From assembly GCA_050014495.1 (NCBI GenBank), contig JBEKDF010000008.1, positions 1 to 64,000 on the forward strand: 64,000 nucleotides of DNA, given 5' to 3'. How positions within the stretch are numbered: position 1 is the stretch's first letter; every line of letters begins with the position of its first letter. Made by a program: the position numbers and the translations under genes. Source of the DNA: Candidatus Bathyarchaeia archaeon. GTDB taxonomy: Archaea > Thermoproteota > Bathyarchaeia > TCS64. Positions 31,620 to 40,866 of the stretch are shown here, in pieces. Under the pieces are notes generated by a model, which searched no databases, was not told where the DNA came from, and was given only the letters and a program-made list of their open reading frames with translations.

Positions 31620-32138
31620 TTATATTTTGTATAAATTAAATATTCCATAAACACTTAGAGCTAATCCTATTAAAAAAATAATAAGCATAGCTTGATTAAT
31701 TGTTACTTCTAACAGTTGATCTACTCCCCCCATAAAACCAATTAGGATCAGAATTAGCCCGACTGAACTGCTTAGCATACTTCTATAGATTATCTCAGAA
31801 TTCTCACTTTTCAATATAAACTTCCATCCAAGTTGTTTTTGTCTAAGCAGCAAATTTGTAAACGATGTTTGCATAGCTGGTTCCTCATTTAGAGGTGAAA
31901 TTGATGATGTTGATACTGCCCCATATAATATAAGAGATAACCCGGCTAATATCGACAAAGCCATACCAATTAAATACTCTAAGGCTTGATTGTAGTATTG
32001 CTGTAGCAGAGGATTTATTGCACCACCTAATTGTCCGATTGTAAAGGTTACTTGTTGATAATTTGGGAAGTAAATTATTAACCCCATTACCCCGATGAGG
32101 ACCAGAGTTAAGCCACCAAGCAATCCATCGCTTCTCAT
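31620..32138 (-). CDS. AT-rich membrane protein, unknown function
   Basis: Four hydrophobic segments. Confidence 0.6.
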   Translation of the reverse strand: MRSDGLLGGLTLVLIGVMGLIIYFPNYQQVTFTIGQLGGAINPLLQQYYNQALEYLIGMALSILAGLSLILYGAVSTSSISPLNEEPAMQTSFTNLLLRQKQLGWKFILKSENSEIIYRSMLSSSVGLILILIGFMGGVDQLLEVTINQAMLIIFLIGLALSVYGIFNLYKI

Positions 32139-32304
32139 TGGGTAAGAATTGATTAAGATTAGAAATAAGTTTATTCGTGACTTGTTTCATTAAAGAACAA
32201 TCGAATATTTATAAAAAATAAAGTAATTTGGGTCGGGTACATATGAAATGAATTCTATTTGAAACTTAGATTAAGAGGAAATCCGTCTCGCGTAGAGGCG
32301 GATT

Positions 32305-32676
32305 TTATCCAATTTCTTTTATTGCATCCTTTGTCTCTTTGGGGAAATTCTCCATTAGACTATTGATCATTTTTTGCACTATGTATGTCCTGAATCCTGC
32401 TTCATCCATTTCAGGATAATAGACCCAATGATGACCACCTTTCCCCGTTTCTTCCTCACCCTTAAGGACTCCCCTCTCTCGCTGCGCCTCGAGGAAATTA
32501 ATGACGCTGGCTCGGCTTATGGTTTCACCCTCCATCGCCTGGTTTACCTTTGTCCAAGCAATTCTGCTATTCACACCCTTAGGGCTATTCCATACGACCT
32601 GCATCACCTTGAGTTGCCAGTTTCTTAGCACGGCATTGAAGCCCACTTGGTCAGTTTCGTATTCGATTCCTTTCAT
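32305..32676 (-). CDS. BlaI/MecI/CopY-like winged-helix transcriptional regulator
   Basis: VMQVVW, ISRASVINFL...GVL...GKGGHHWVYYP. Confidence 0.8.
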   Translation of the reverse strand: MKGIEYETDQVGFNAVLRNWQLKVMQVVWNSPKGVNSRIAWTKVNQAMEGETISRASVINFLEAQRERGVLKGEEETGKGGHHWVYYPEMDEAGFRTYIVQKMINSLMENFPKETKDAIKEIG

Positions 32677-32876
32677 TCCATTCAGGCGTGTCCTCTTCTA
32701 TCTTTTAACTTTTTTTCCAAATTTCATCATAATATTGTGACTTTTCAAAGAATTAGTCTTTATTTCTAGAGAAGAAGTGAATGAACTCATTTACACACAC
32801 TTGGGTCAAGCGCTCTCGCGCGCTATGATTGTAAGAGCCCGCGCGCGCCTCGATATGTGGACACGCTGTATGAGGC

Positions 32877-34976
32877 TTAAGAGGGACGAGAAACGGCTAG
32901 GTAGTCCTCGAGGCGGCTCTCCCTGACACCTCGTTCCTTCAGCGTATCTTCAATTAGGAAGGGGCTTAGGAGACTCATCACAGTCCTTCTGGCCACCTCG
33001 ACGTACTTCTTGCGATCGTACATCCCATCAGCGTCTCCTAACATGAAGGAGGGCTTAACTCGGAGGAAGGGGTTACTGCTCTCCGAGTTCACGTAGATGT
33101 AACGGGAATTCCCCTCCTCCTCGGCTCCTAATAGGGCCGCGACGACATGAGCCTGTAGGCTGCGGTATTGGGTTAGCTCCCGTAAGAGTCTCTTGGAGAT
33201 CACTAACTCACTCGCGTCCACCCGACCGCGGCGCAGGTCTTCGAAGGACCTGTTTGCGATGGCGAGGGCCCGTGATAGGCCGCTCCTCAAGACGCCCTCG
33301 GAGTCGTCGGCGTCGAAGAGGGTCACCATGACTCGCTCCTGTAGGCGGTTCATGTAAGGTGGTGTGTCGTGTTTGCGGAGCTCTATCCCGCGATAGAAGA
33401 GGCTGCCATCGGTGAGCTTGCCGTAGTACCTGTTTGAGGCGCCTTGGAGGGGGTCGGTGGTCTTGCCGAGGAGGACGAGGAACCTGAAGTGTTTGTCGAG
33501 TTTGATGGGGAGTCCAGCGGCTTCAGCGATCTCTGATGCGAGCTCCTCGTAGTCAGCCTCTGTGGCGTCTCGTTTCTTGGTATATAGGGCGTCGGTGTTG
33601 CCGTAGACGATCTCGAACCCCCTGGCTAGGGCGATGTTGAGGGCCTTGACGAGGGCTTGCCGGGCCTGCCTATTTATCTCCTGAAAGACCTGGACGTTAG
33701 CGAACCTGTTGGCGTAGCAGCCGCTGTAACCATAGATGACGACTAGCATGAGTTTGAGGCTCGCCTGTCTCTGCTCGCACCAGGTCCACTCTTTGAAGCT
33801 AGGTTGGAGCAGTTTCCTCATGTGTTTGAATCTGAATCGGCGCTCGAGGGTTGGGCCGGTGAATTGGCCCATGAAGCCGGGTCGGGTCTGGTCGACGCCG
33901 TCCTCGGTGACGGTCTCGTAGCTCACGTTGTATCGGCTGATTATGCTGGGAAACATGGATTCGAAGTCGATGCAGCCGACGTTCTCGTGTAGGCCGACCA
34001 GGGGGGTGAAGAGCATGCCTCCCCTGTCGCGCTTCACCATATCCCAGGCGTTCATTGAGGAGACGTAGCCGCCTTTCATCTCGGGGACTAGTACCTTCTG
34101 CCGGTGGGCCTCGTAGCATTGGCGGCTGTCGATGGTTTTCCCCGCCTCCCAGTCACTGCTCACTCCCATGGGAGCGAGGGTAAATAGGGAGCGTTCCTGG
34201 AGACCAGCAAGACCCATGTCAGTCCAGCTGTGGTAGCCAAGGATTATCCGACCGTGTGTGAGCTCATGTTCTCTGCCGAAGCCTAGACTGAGGCCGTGCT
34301 GGGTAGCCTTCTGAATGACCCAACGTATCGAGTTGGTGTCGTCGAGGACTACGACGTCGGGGTCCTCACTCTCGAGTAGATTTTTCAGCTCCGTGAGGAC
34401 GGATTCCTCGGTTCCCCTGAGGCTACTCAGGGGCATTTCGTCGGCGTCGTAGACGTCGACGGGGGTGATCGCTCCGGCGTCTGGGAGTTTTATTAGCATC
34501 GTCTTAAATGGGGGTGGTTCAACCCCATCGTCTTTGAGGGCTCTGATGCTCTTCAGGGTCCCGTTCTGTGTCTCGAACTCGCAGAGACCGGTCGGTGCCA
34601 CACCCCTCTCTATGAGGTACCACTGTATGGGGGATAGGCCGATGTCGAAGACCTCCTTAACTTCGCGGAGGCTCCTCGCATACGCGATGACTTTGTCGAG
34701 GGACTGGGCGGAGTCGACCCTGACCTCCGCTACGGGCTCTAGTCGCTCCATGGAAAGTGAGGCGTATCTCTCGACGGGTTCGGCGGAGTGAACCATCTTA
34801 TGCTCCTCGAGCCGGTAACAGAGGTCCTCGATGGCGAGACCGGGGGTTGGTTGGGCTACGAATCGGGGGCGGTGCCTCTCGGTGAGGTGTAGTGTCTCGC
34901 CTTCGACTGTTTTGAACCAGAGGTGGGCGTCTTTTCCCCGGATGTATGGGTCAAGCAGCCAGCCTCTGTGGGTCAA
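32877..34976 (-). CDS. Family B DNA polymerase, PolB2/Dpo2 group
   Basis: Motif A DFESMFPSII, motif B KLMLVVIYGY, variant motif C YGNTDAL, RGIELRKHDTP; no recognisable exonuclease motifs. Confidence 0.9.
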   Translation of the reverse strand: MTHRGWLLDPYIRGKDAHLWFKTVEGETLHLTERHRPRFVAQPTPGLAIEDLCYRLEEHKMVHSAEPVERYASLSMERLEPVAEVRVDSAQSLDKVIAYARSLREVKEVFDIGLSPIQWYLIERGVAPTGLCEFETQNGTLKSIRALKDDGVEPPPFKTMLIKLPDAGAITPVDVYDADEMPLSSLRGTEESVLTELKNLLESEDPDVVVLDDTNSIRWVIQKATQHGLSLGFGREHELTHGRIILGYHSWTDMGLAGLQERSLFTLAPMGVSSDWEAGKTIDSRQCYEAHRQKVLVPEMKGGYVSSMNAWDMVKRDRGGMLFTPLVGLHENVGCIDFESMFPSIISRYNVSYETVTEDGVDQTRPGFMGQFTGPTLERRFRFKHMRKLLQPSFKEWTWCEQRQASLKLMLVVIYGYSGCYANRFANVQVFQEINRQARQALVKALNIALARGFEIVYGNTDALYTKKRDATEADYEELASEIAEAAGLPIKLDKHFRFLVLLGKTTDPLQGASNRYYGKLTDGSLFYRGIELRKHDTPPYMNRLQERVMVTLFDADDSEGVLRSGLSRALAIANRSFEDLRRGRVDASELVISKRLLRELTQYRSLQAHVVAALLGAEEEGNSRYIYVNSESSNPFLRVKPSFMLGDADGMYDRKKYVEVARRTVMSLLSPFLIEDTLKERGVRESRLEDYLAVSRPS

Positions 34977-34982
34977 GGCTCT

Positions 34983-36011
34983 TCACTTCTGTTCGAGTCG
35001 GTTGAGGCGCCTCTCGATCTCGACTAGGTGAGTGCTGAGCTCCTCGGAGACTCGGCGGTCGTCTACGAGGCCGGTGAGGAGAATGAGGTCCATGAGGCTT
35101 AGGGACTCGGCGTAGCTTATGGCGCCGAGTTCGGCGCTCCACGCCTCGACTAGTCTGTCAAATGCCTCTCTCCTGCCCTGTTTGACGAGGGCTTCCCGGT
35201 ACTCGCTTCGGAGCCTCGCTAGGAGGTCTTCGAAGCTCATCCTTATGGGTGGCGTTGTTCTCCCCATGGTTGATTCATCCTCGTATGTGTACTCCTTCGC
35301 GCGCTGGGTGGTGAGGGGTGACTTGAGAACGTAGGCGCGGTTGTAGATTGCCCCTCTCTCCCTTTTTCGGAGGTAGATGATGACGCCGGCGATGTGGTCG
35401 AGGTAGCTGCTCGCCTCGGGGACGGGGACAGGGCCGCTGTGGCTCTCCCTGGCGGAGGCGACGAGTGGGACCCCGGCCTCGGCGCAGATCCTCTTCATGG
35501 AGGCTATACTGCGCTGGACCTCCTCGTGTACGCGATCCCTGTTCCTCTTCCGAGCGTCGTCTCTACCGAGCTTGTATATCCCCTTCACAAGGACAAGGCG
35601 TGTGTTATCACTGGATCTGATGACCCGTTCTAGCTCCGCTGTGAGGTTCGCCTGTTGGTCGGCGGATGAGGCGACTAGGACTCGGACCCGTTTCAGGGCG
35701 TCCTCCGGCAGCTGGCCGGTGTCCTCGATTAGTTGGATTAGCGGTTCGGTGTCCATTATGATGTGTTCGACGCGGTAGTTGCCGCAGATGACGTAGACGG
35801 CTTCGGGTTTGGGATAATGGTCGGTGGGCTTGAGGCCGTTGGCGAGGAGGTGGGTGAAGAGGGTGTCCGTGAGCTCTTCCTCGCCGTAGAATAGGTAGAG
35901 GGTCTCGGCTTTGATGCCGCCGGTGAGTTCATCGAGCTGTAGACTGCTAGTGGGTATGTTTATTGCTTGTTGGCTGGATGCTAGCCGCTGGGCGTCGATG
36001 AACAGGGTCAT
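34983..36011 (-). CDS. Inactive RadA/RecA-fold protein fused to a C-terminal helical MGRT-type PolB2-partner domain
   Basis: LDELTGGI...LYLFYG with no Walker A GKT; RecA-like strands; last 94 aa begin MGRTTPPIR and end in a coiled coil. Confidence 0.8.
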   Translation of the reverse strand: MTLFIDAQRLASSQQAINIPTSSLQLDELTGGIKAETLYLFYGEEELTDTLFTHLLANGLKPTDHYPKPEAVYVICGNYRVEHIIMDTEPLIQLIEDTGQLPEDALKRVRVLVASSADQQANLTAELERVIRSSDNTRLVLVKGIYKLGRDDARKRNRDRVHEEVQRSIASMKRICAEAGVPLVASARESHSGPVPVPEASSYLDHIAGVIIYLRKRERGAIYNRAYVLKSPLTTQRAKEYTYEDESTMGRTTPPIRMSFEDLLARLRSEYREALVKQGRREAFDRLVEAWSAELGAISYAESLSLMDLILLTGLVDDRRVSEELSTHLVEIERRLNRLEQK

Positions 36012-36039
36012 GAAGCAAGGAAGCCACACGGACCCGGCG

Positions 36040-36047
36040 ATTTAAAA
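36040..36047 (-). promoter_or_regulatory. TATA box of the radA-like/polB2 operon
   Basis: TTTTAAAT ~30 nt upstream of ATG 36011, consistent with a leaderless transcript. Confidence 0.55.
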
Positions 36048-36184
36048 CGAACTCACCTCGTGATGGGTGGGGGGTACTCGAAGGTAGACGATATGGAGCA
36101 TATCCCTCAGATATGCGTGCGACATGCGCTGTTGGCCTGCGGCAAGGATAGTTAATCCAAGGTTGATTTTACCGTGTGCGCGCA

Positions 36185-36571
36185 CTATGCACGTTTTGGC
36201 TGGATCATAGCGATTGGGTTTCCCTCTGGGTCTCTGATCGAAGCCGTATATCCGACTCCGGGGACTTCCTGTCTACCCATAATCACCTCTCCTCCCAGCT
36301 TAACAACATCGATAAGGGCTTTGTCTATGTCTTCAACTGCTACATAGTTGACCGGGATGTTTGCATCACTTTGCTTCTTGTACATGCCACCGTTTACTCC
36401 GGGTCGAGTGAGCATTCCCTTGTCATTGGTTGGAACAGTTTCGATGGTCCAGTACTCCATGAAGTCACTTGGCGTCTTCACTATCTTCCATCCAAAGAGT
36501 TTCTCGTAGAAGGATTTGAGTTTGGTAACATTTTTCGCGGGTATTTCGAAGTGAACTATTGTTTGACTTAT
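36185..36571 (-). CDS. VOC/glyoxalase family protein (apparent ATA start)
   Basis: Frame extends upstream of the tracked ORF as SQTIVHFEIPA...FYEKLFGW; C-terminal DPEGN. Confidence 0.85.
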   Translation of the reverse strand: MSQTIVHFEIPAKNVTKLKSFYEKLFGWKIVKTPSDFMEYWTIETVPTNDKGMLTRPGVNGGMYKKQSDANIPVNYVAVEDIDKALIDVVKLGGEVIMGRQEVPGVGYTASIRDPEGNPIAMIQPKRA

Positions 36572-36643
36572 TTCACACCATTTGATTTCAACATACCTTT
36601 GAATTTAAACTATATAGACACATGCGCTTGCGGAGTTAGTTAG

Positions 36644-37558
36644 TCATAGCCATTCTTCGTTTTCATCGTTATCGGTATCCATGATCTCTAGGTAGTGCCT
36701 GACCTCAGTTAGGGCCCTCTCAGCTTCGCGTCTCTTTTTCCATCTACAGTTGAGGTGTTCAGGTTCTCCTACAAATAGCTCCAAGAATTTCTTTCCCTCC
36801 TCAGCTGGGACTAGTCCGATCTCCATGAGGTATCCGAGGTAGTCCTCGAATCTCCAGTCGGGTGATGGTGTATCCTCAGACCCTAGCTCCTTGGAGTATG
36901 CTCCGGTTAGGTCCTCTATTAGTGATCTAATTGCTTCTCTAGTGAGAAGGTAGGACGTTAGGTATTCACCTGCTTGAAATCTACTCTGTGCGAGGTCGAG
37001 GAGTAGTTTGGGTGCGTCCAGGTTCTTTGGGGCTATGTGGATCTCTATTACCTCGCTAAATGCCTCTCTGAGGTCTTTATTGAAGTTTAAGCCTAGGATC
37101 TCAGCTGAGTCCAGTATCCTAAGCATCTGAGCGGCCATTTCTGGGTCTAGTTTTGTCGCGAAGCGTGCCGCTTCCTCCACCCTTGGCATGAATTCCTCGA
37201 TTATGTTTCTCGTGTACTGGGTTTCATCTATGTGTAGTAGCACGGGTTCTATGATCTTGCTTAGCTGGCTTGCGTACGATGTAATCTTCCTTAGTCTTGT
37301 TTTAGTTCCTTCTTTGTAGGCGAGTGTTTTTCCTTGGGCTGCTTCGTTTCTATCAATTATCCTTTTTGAAGCTTCGAGGATTATTTTCCTCGCCCATTTC
37401 CGGGTTTCACCGTCGTTGCGTTGAATCATATCGTAGTTGTTTATGGTCTTTAAGAGTGTACTGAGGGTAAGATTTGTTCTGGCTGATGTGCTCGCTTTTT
37501 CGAGTATAGCTTCCATTTTATTGATCCATTCGTTATCGATGCTGCGCTCTGAGGCCAT
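36644..37558 (-). CDS. Helical hypothetical protein, possible degenerate C-terminal HEPN-like domain
   Basis: 304-aa ORF; C-terminal helix pattern recalls HEPN. Confidence 0.7.
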   Translation of the reverse strand: MASERSIDNEWINKMEAILEKASTSARTNLTLSTLLKTINNYDMIQRNDGETRKWARKIILEASKRIIDRNEAAQGKTLAYKEGTKTRLRKITSYASQLSKIIEPVLLHIDETQYTRNIIEEFMPRVEEAARFATKLDPEMAAQMLRILDSAEILGLNFNKDLREAFSEVIEIHIAPKNLDAPKLLLDLAQSRFQAGEYLTSYLLTREAIRSLIEDLTGAYSKELGSEDTPSPDWRFEDYLGYLMEIGLVPAEEGKKFLELFVGEPEHLNCRWKKRREAERALTEVRHYLEIMDTDNDENEEWL

Positions 37559-38004
37559 GGTGAACTATGGGGTGTTCAGATTAATCATAGGTTATTTTCA
37601 TGAAATGCGAAATATGAGGGTTGAATCTTGTACCAAGTGCATCTATTCAATCAGCAACGTCTTTGTTTTATGTTAAATGCCATTTATTGGGTATGGTTGT
37701 TTTCACCTCTTTACGTATAGTAGTTGTTTTATACATCGTTTTGTGCGTCGTGAGGAAACTAGTAATCAATCCTTTTTTTGGATCTAATTGATCTAAAATA
37801 AATCTTAAGACTTAACTGATATATGCAAACTAATGCATAATTATTAGATGAAATTGACGAATATATGTTCATGGTTGTCTTTGTTAACCTATGAATATAC
37901 ATTTAATTGAACGAGAATTGGCTGATAAGGGCGGTTAAGAGGAATATCACATTCCCTTGAGTAGGGAAGGATAATAGGGTGGGCCACATAGGTTCAAGCA
38001 TCCC

Positions 38005-38430
38005 TTGAATCAGCGGGGAATAAAATTAGGTGGATTTCGATTTATGTTGTTGAAGGTTGAGGGTCTCAGGGACATCGAGCGAGAGATGAATCTACTTGTC
38101 ACGGGTGAGCATCTCTGGGTACGCGGAATAGGAAATTTCCTCATCTATGTCGGCAAGCTTGGTGAAGCGAGCTACAGAATGTGTTTCTGCTCGGTTGAGA
38201 GGATGACGATGCGCTTCTCGGTGAAGAGGTTTGGAGTGGACGGGAGGATGAGTAAGGCAGAGGCTTTCCGGCTCGTGGAGAAGCTTGGGGCTAGGCCATG
38301 CAGAGTCGTGAATAACAAACTCGTCGACGAACTGGTTACTATTAGTGAAACCAGCGGTGGAGAGCTTGGTTACCAGGATTTCGTGAACTCTGTAAAAGGC
38401 ATGGGTCTCCGAGTACAAGCAAACCCGTGA
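38005..38430 (+). CDS. Hypothetical protein
   Basis: 141-aa ORF, start probably at MLLKV. Confidence 0.6.
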   Translation: MNQRGIKLGGFRFMLLKVEGLRDIEREMNLLVTGEHLWVRGIGNFLIYVGKLGEASYRMCFCSVERMTMRFSVKRFGVDGRMSKAEAFRLVEKLGARPCRVVNNKLVDELVTISETSGGELGYQDFVNSVKGMGLRVQANP

Positions 38431-38574
38431 ACAAATGACTAGCTAATCAGTAGAGTAATTTTTCTGTACATCATCTGAATCTGGAATGTGTTCGATACAC
38501 GTTTCAGCCATACAAAAACAAAGCAGTCTGAGTAAGAGATATATTGATTATTTCAACACACTTAATCGAGGATT

Positions 38575-38904
38575 ATGAGCATCGTAAACGATTTGATCAG
38601 TACTCTGGGGGGAACGATCGGAGGAATACCTACTATAGTGGTACTTGCGGTTCCATTCGTCGTAGGTTTGGTAATTGGATTCCTGATTAAGAAGCTGCTT
38701 AAGATCGGAATAATCTTAGGATTAGTCGCACTAGTCGCGGTGTACTTTGGTTTTTTAAATTTGGATACTATTTCAAAGACTCTGAGCGACCTAGTCAATA
38801 AGTATGGATCCGTTTTCATGTCTTACGTCGCGGTCTTTTTCGGGATAATACCACTAGGTTTGGGCCTGATTTTAGGGGTAGCCCTGGGATTCATCTTCGG
38901 ATGA
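38575..38904 (+). CDS. Small membrane protein (FUN14-like)
   Basis: GLVIGFLIKKLLKI pattern, three TM segments. Confidence 0.75.
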   Translation: MSIVNDLISTLGGTIGGIPTIVVLAVPFVVGLVIGFLIKKLLKIGIILGLVALVAVYFGFLNLDTISKTLSDLVNKYGSVFMSYVAVFFGIIPLGLGLILGVALGFIFG

Positions 38905-38974
38905 ACTCGAAGGATCATTCCTAAAAATCGATTCCCCGTTCGCACTAATCATTGAATCCGCTTTTAGATTCTAC

Positions 38975-39427
38975 TCAATTCAGATAGCTCTTGCAGAGCT
39001 TTATCACGTCTATAAAGATCTGAGCCAACCATTCCTGCCCGTTGGGCTCCCCCGCAATGACATCGTGGAGCTTAGGCTTTGTCTCCTTAATCCTATCCAT
39101 CCACCATGGCATGGATTTCCTAATCACGCCCTCAGGCGTATCGAGTTGGCTCTGGAATCTTGTAAGTAGGAAGCGCACACTTGAGTGACTGAAGACTCCA
39201 TCGATCCTCTCCTTGTACTCTGGTTTATCGGCGTAGGCTCCTAGGGTATCGCCTCTCTTGATCATGTTTGAGACCTGCTGCTCGAGGGAGACATTCTCTT
39301 TCTTTGCAACGCCCTCGATCATGGGGAACACGACGGTGTTTAGGTAGAGTTTTGCTGATGTCTTTTTTACGTAGCCGAATATGCCGCCAGTTTCCGTGCT
39401 CTGTGTAGCATCTGACATCATTATCAA
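38975..39427 (-). CDS. Hypothetical protein
   Basis: 150-aa ORF with upstream TATA-like TTTATAA. Confidence 0.7.
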   Translation of the reverse strand: MIMMSDATQSTETGGIFGYVKKTSAKLYLNTVVFPMIEGVAKKENVSLEQQVSNMIKRGDTLGAYADKPEYKERIDGVFSHSSVRFLLTRFQSQLDTPEGVIRKSMPWWMDRIKETKPKLHDVIAGEPNGQEWLAQIFIDVIKLCKSYLN

Positions 39428-39553
39428 AAGACTCTTTGAGATGTCATGTTATAAACTTATTAAAAAATATTAAAAATGAAATGGGGCCTCTCACCGTTTA
39501 TTTGTGGCTTAAGTACATTGATTTGATCAGTTTTTCAATAATTTTGGTTGAAA

Positions 39554-39623
39554 CGATATGATCATCTTTAATATATAGGACATTAAGATAATAATTTAAT
39601 TGTCTCATATATTTGGAATTATC
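39554..39623. repeat. 70-bp direct repeat, left copy
   Basis: Ungapped alignment to 40735-40804, 56/70 identical by hand count. Confidence 0.85.
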
Positions 39624-39708
39624 TTAATTACTCCCTGCTAGGTGCTTGTAAGTTTCTGTTAACAGACGACCTTTTACCTTTTGGCGAAGTAGTTAGATTA
39701 ATGGATAA

Positions 39709-40722
39709 ATGAATAGCCGCGATCGGGTGATTAAGGCCGTGGAATATGGCAGCCCTGATCGTGTACCCAATGGTTGTTACGCGTTACCAGCGAGCTACAA
39801 TAAACACCACGGCAAGTTGGAGAAAATCTTCCACCGTTATCCTAGCGACTTCCATCAATTCGTGACCAGTTGGACAACAGTGGCAAGTGATAGTATACCC
39901 TATAGGGCAGGCATCAATACGGACCCATGGGGTGTGACCTGGAGAAACCTTAACCCCGGGATCTTTGGACATGTGGTCGAGCACCCGTTGGCGGATCTTG
40001 AAAGGCTTGAAGGCTATGAGCCACCGGATCCATCCCAGCTCGTGGACTTCGGGGAGGTCGAGAGAAGCATCCGTCTGAACAACCATGATCACTATGTGCT
40101 TGGCGACTCAGAGAATTTCTTTGAGCGTCTCCACTTCCTGCATGGCTTCGAGGACACCTTAATCGACCTCGTGAGAGGCAAAAAGGAGCTTCTTAGACTC
40201 ATCGACCTACTCTTCGACATCAAGATGAGGTTTATAGAACGGTGGCTCGAGTTGGACATCGACGGCATATATTTCCTGGACGACTGGGGGACAATGCAGG
40301 GGCTGATGATCAACCCGGTTCTGTGGCGTCGGGTATTCAAGCCACTATACAAGGAGATGTTTGACAAGGTACACAGATCTGGGAGGCACGTATTCTTACA
40401 CAGCGACGGATACGTCCTGGACATCATCCCCGACCTCATAGAAATCGGTGTAGATGCCCTAAACATCCAAGTTAAGCTCATGGGCATCGAATTGTTGGGG
40501 GAAAGGTTCGCGGGCAAACTCTGTATCCTCGCCGACATTGACCGGCAACATATCTTACCGTTTGGCTCAATGGGGGAAGTCGAAGAACACGTGAGACACA
40601 TTATTCAGGCACTAGGTTCCAGCAGCGGTGGACTCATATCCTGGGGAGAGGTAGGCCCAGACGTACCGCTGCTGAACGTGGATGCAATGTTTAGCGCATT
40701 TGAGAGGTATGGAAAATATTAA
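39709..40722 (+). CDS. Uroporphyrinogen decarboxylase / MtaA-CmuA family protein
   Basis: MNSRDRV...PDRVP, DPWGVTW, DDWG, HSDG, DRQHILPFG. Confidence 0.9.
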   Translation: MNSRDRVIKAVEYGSPDRVPNGCYALPASYNKHHGKLEKIFHRYPSDFHQFVTSWTTVASDSIPYRAGINTDPWGVTWRNLNPGIFGHVVEHPLADLERLEGYEPPDPSQLVDFGEVERSIRLNNHDHYVLGDSENFFERLHFLHGFEDTLIDLVRGKKELLRLIDLLFDIKMRFIERWLELDIDGIYFLDDWGTMQGLMINPVLWRRVFKPLYKEMFDKVHRSGRHVFLHSDGYVLDIIPDLIEIGVDALNIQVKLMGIELLGERFAGKLCILADIDRQHILPFGSMGEVEEHVRHIIQALGSSSGGLISWGEVGPDVPLLNVDAMFSAFERYGKY

Positions 40723-40734
40723 GGAAGGAGCGCG

Positions 40735-40804
40735 CGACGTGATCACCATTAACAGATCGGATATTCAGAAAATAATTTAATTGTCTCAAATATTCAGGAT
40801 TATC
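40735..40804. repeat. 70-bp direct repeat, right copy
   Basis: Matches 39554-39623; begins inside a GCGCGCG tract. Confidence 0.85.
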
Positions 40805-40866
40805 GCCATAACTATTTGAGCCTTCGAATTTAACTTCGAATAAAATATCATGAGTTCAGCGTATGA

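Noticed and set aside
32877..34976. PolB as the marker of a casposon, virus or pipolin
   Set aside because: No cas1, capsid gene, intact integrase or terminal inverted repeats nearby; motifs and the RadA-like partner fit cellular PolB2.
37559..38004. AT-rich 450-bp gap as a replication origin
   Set aside because: No ORB-like repeats or adjacent orc1/cdc6 gene; a divergent promoter region explains it.
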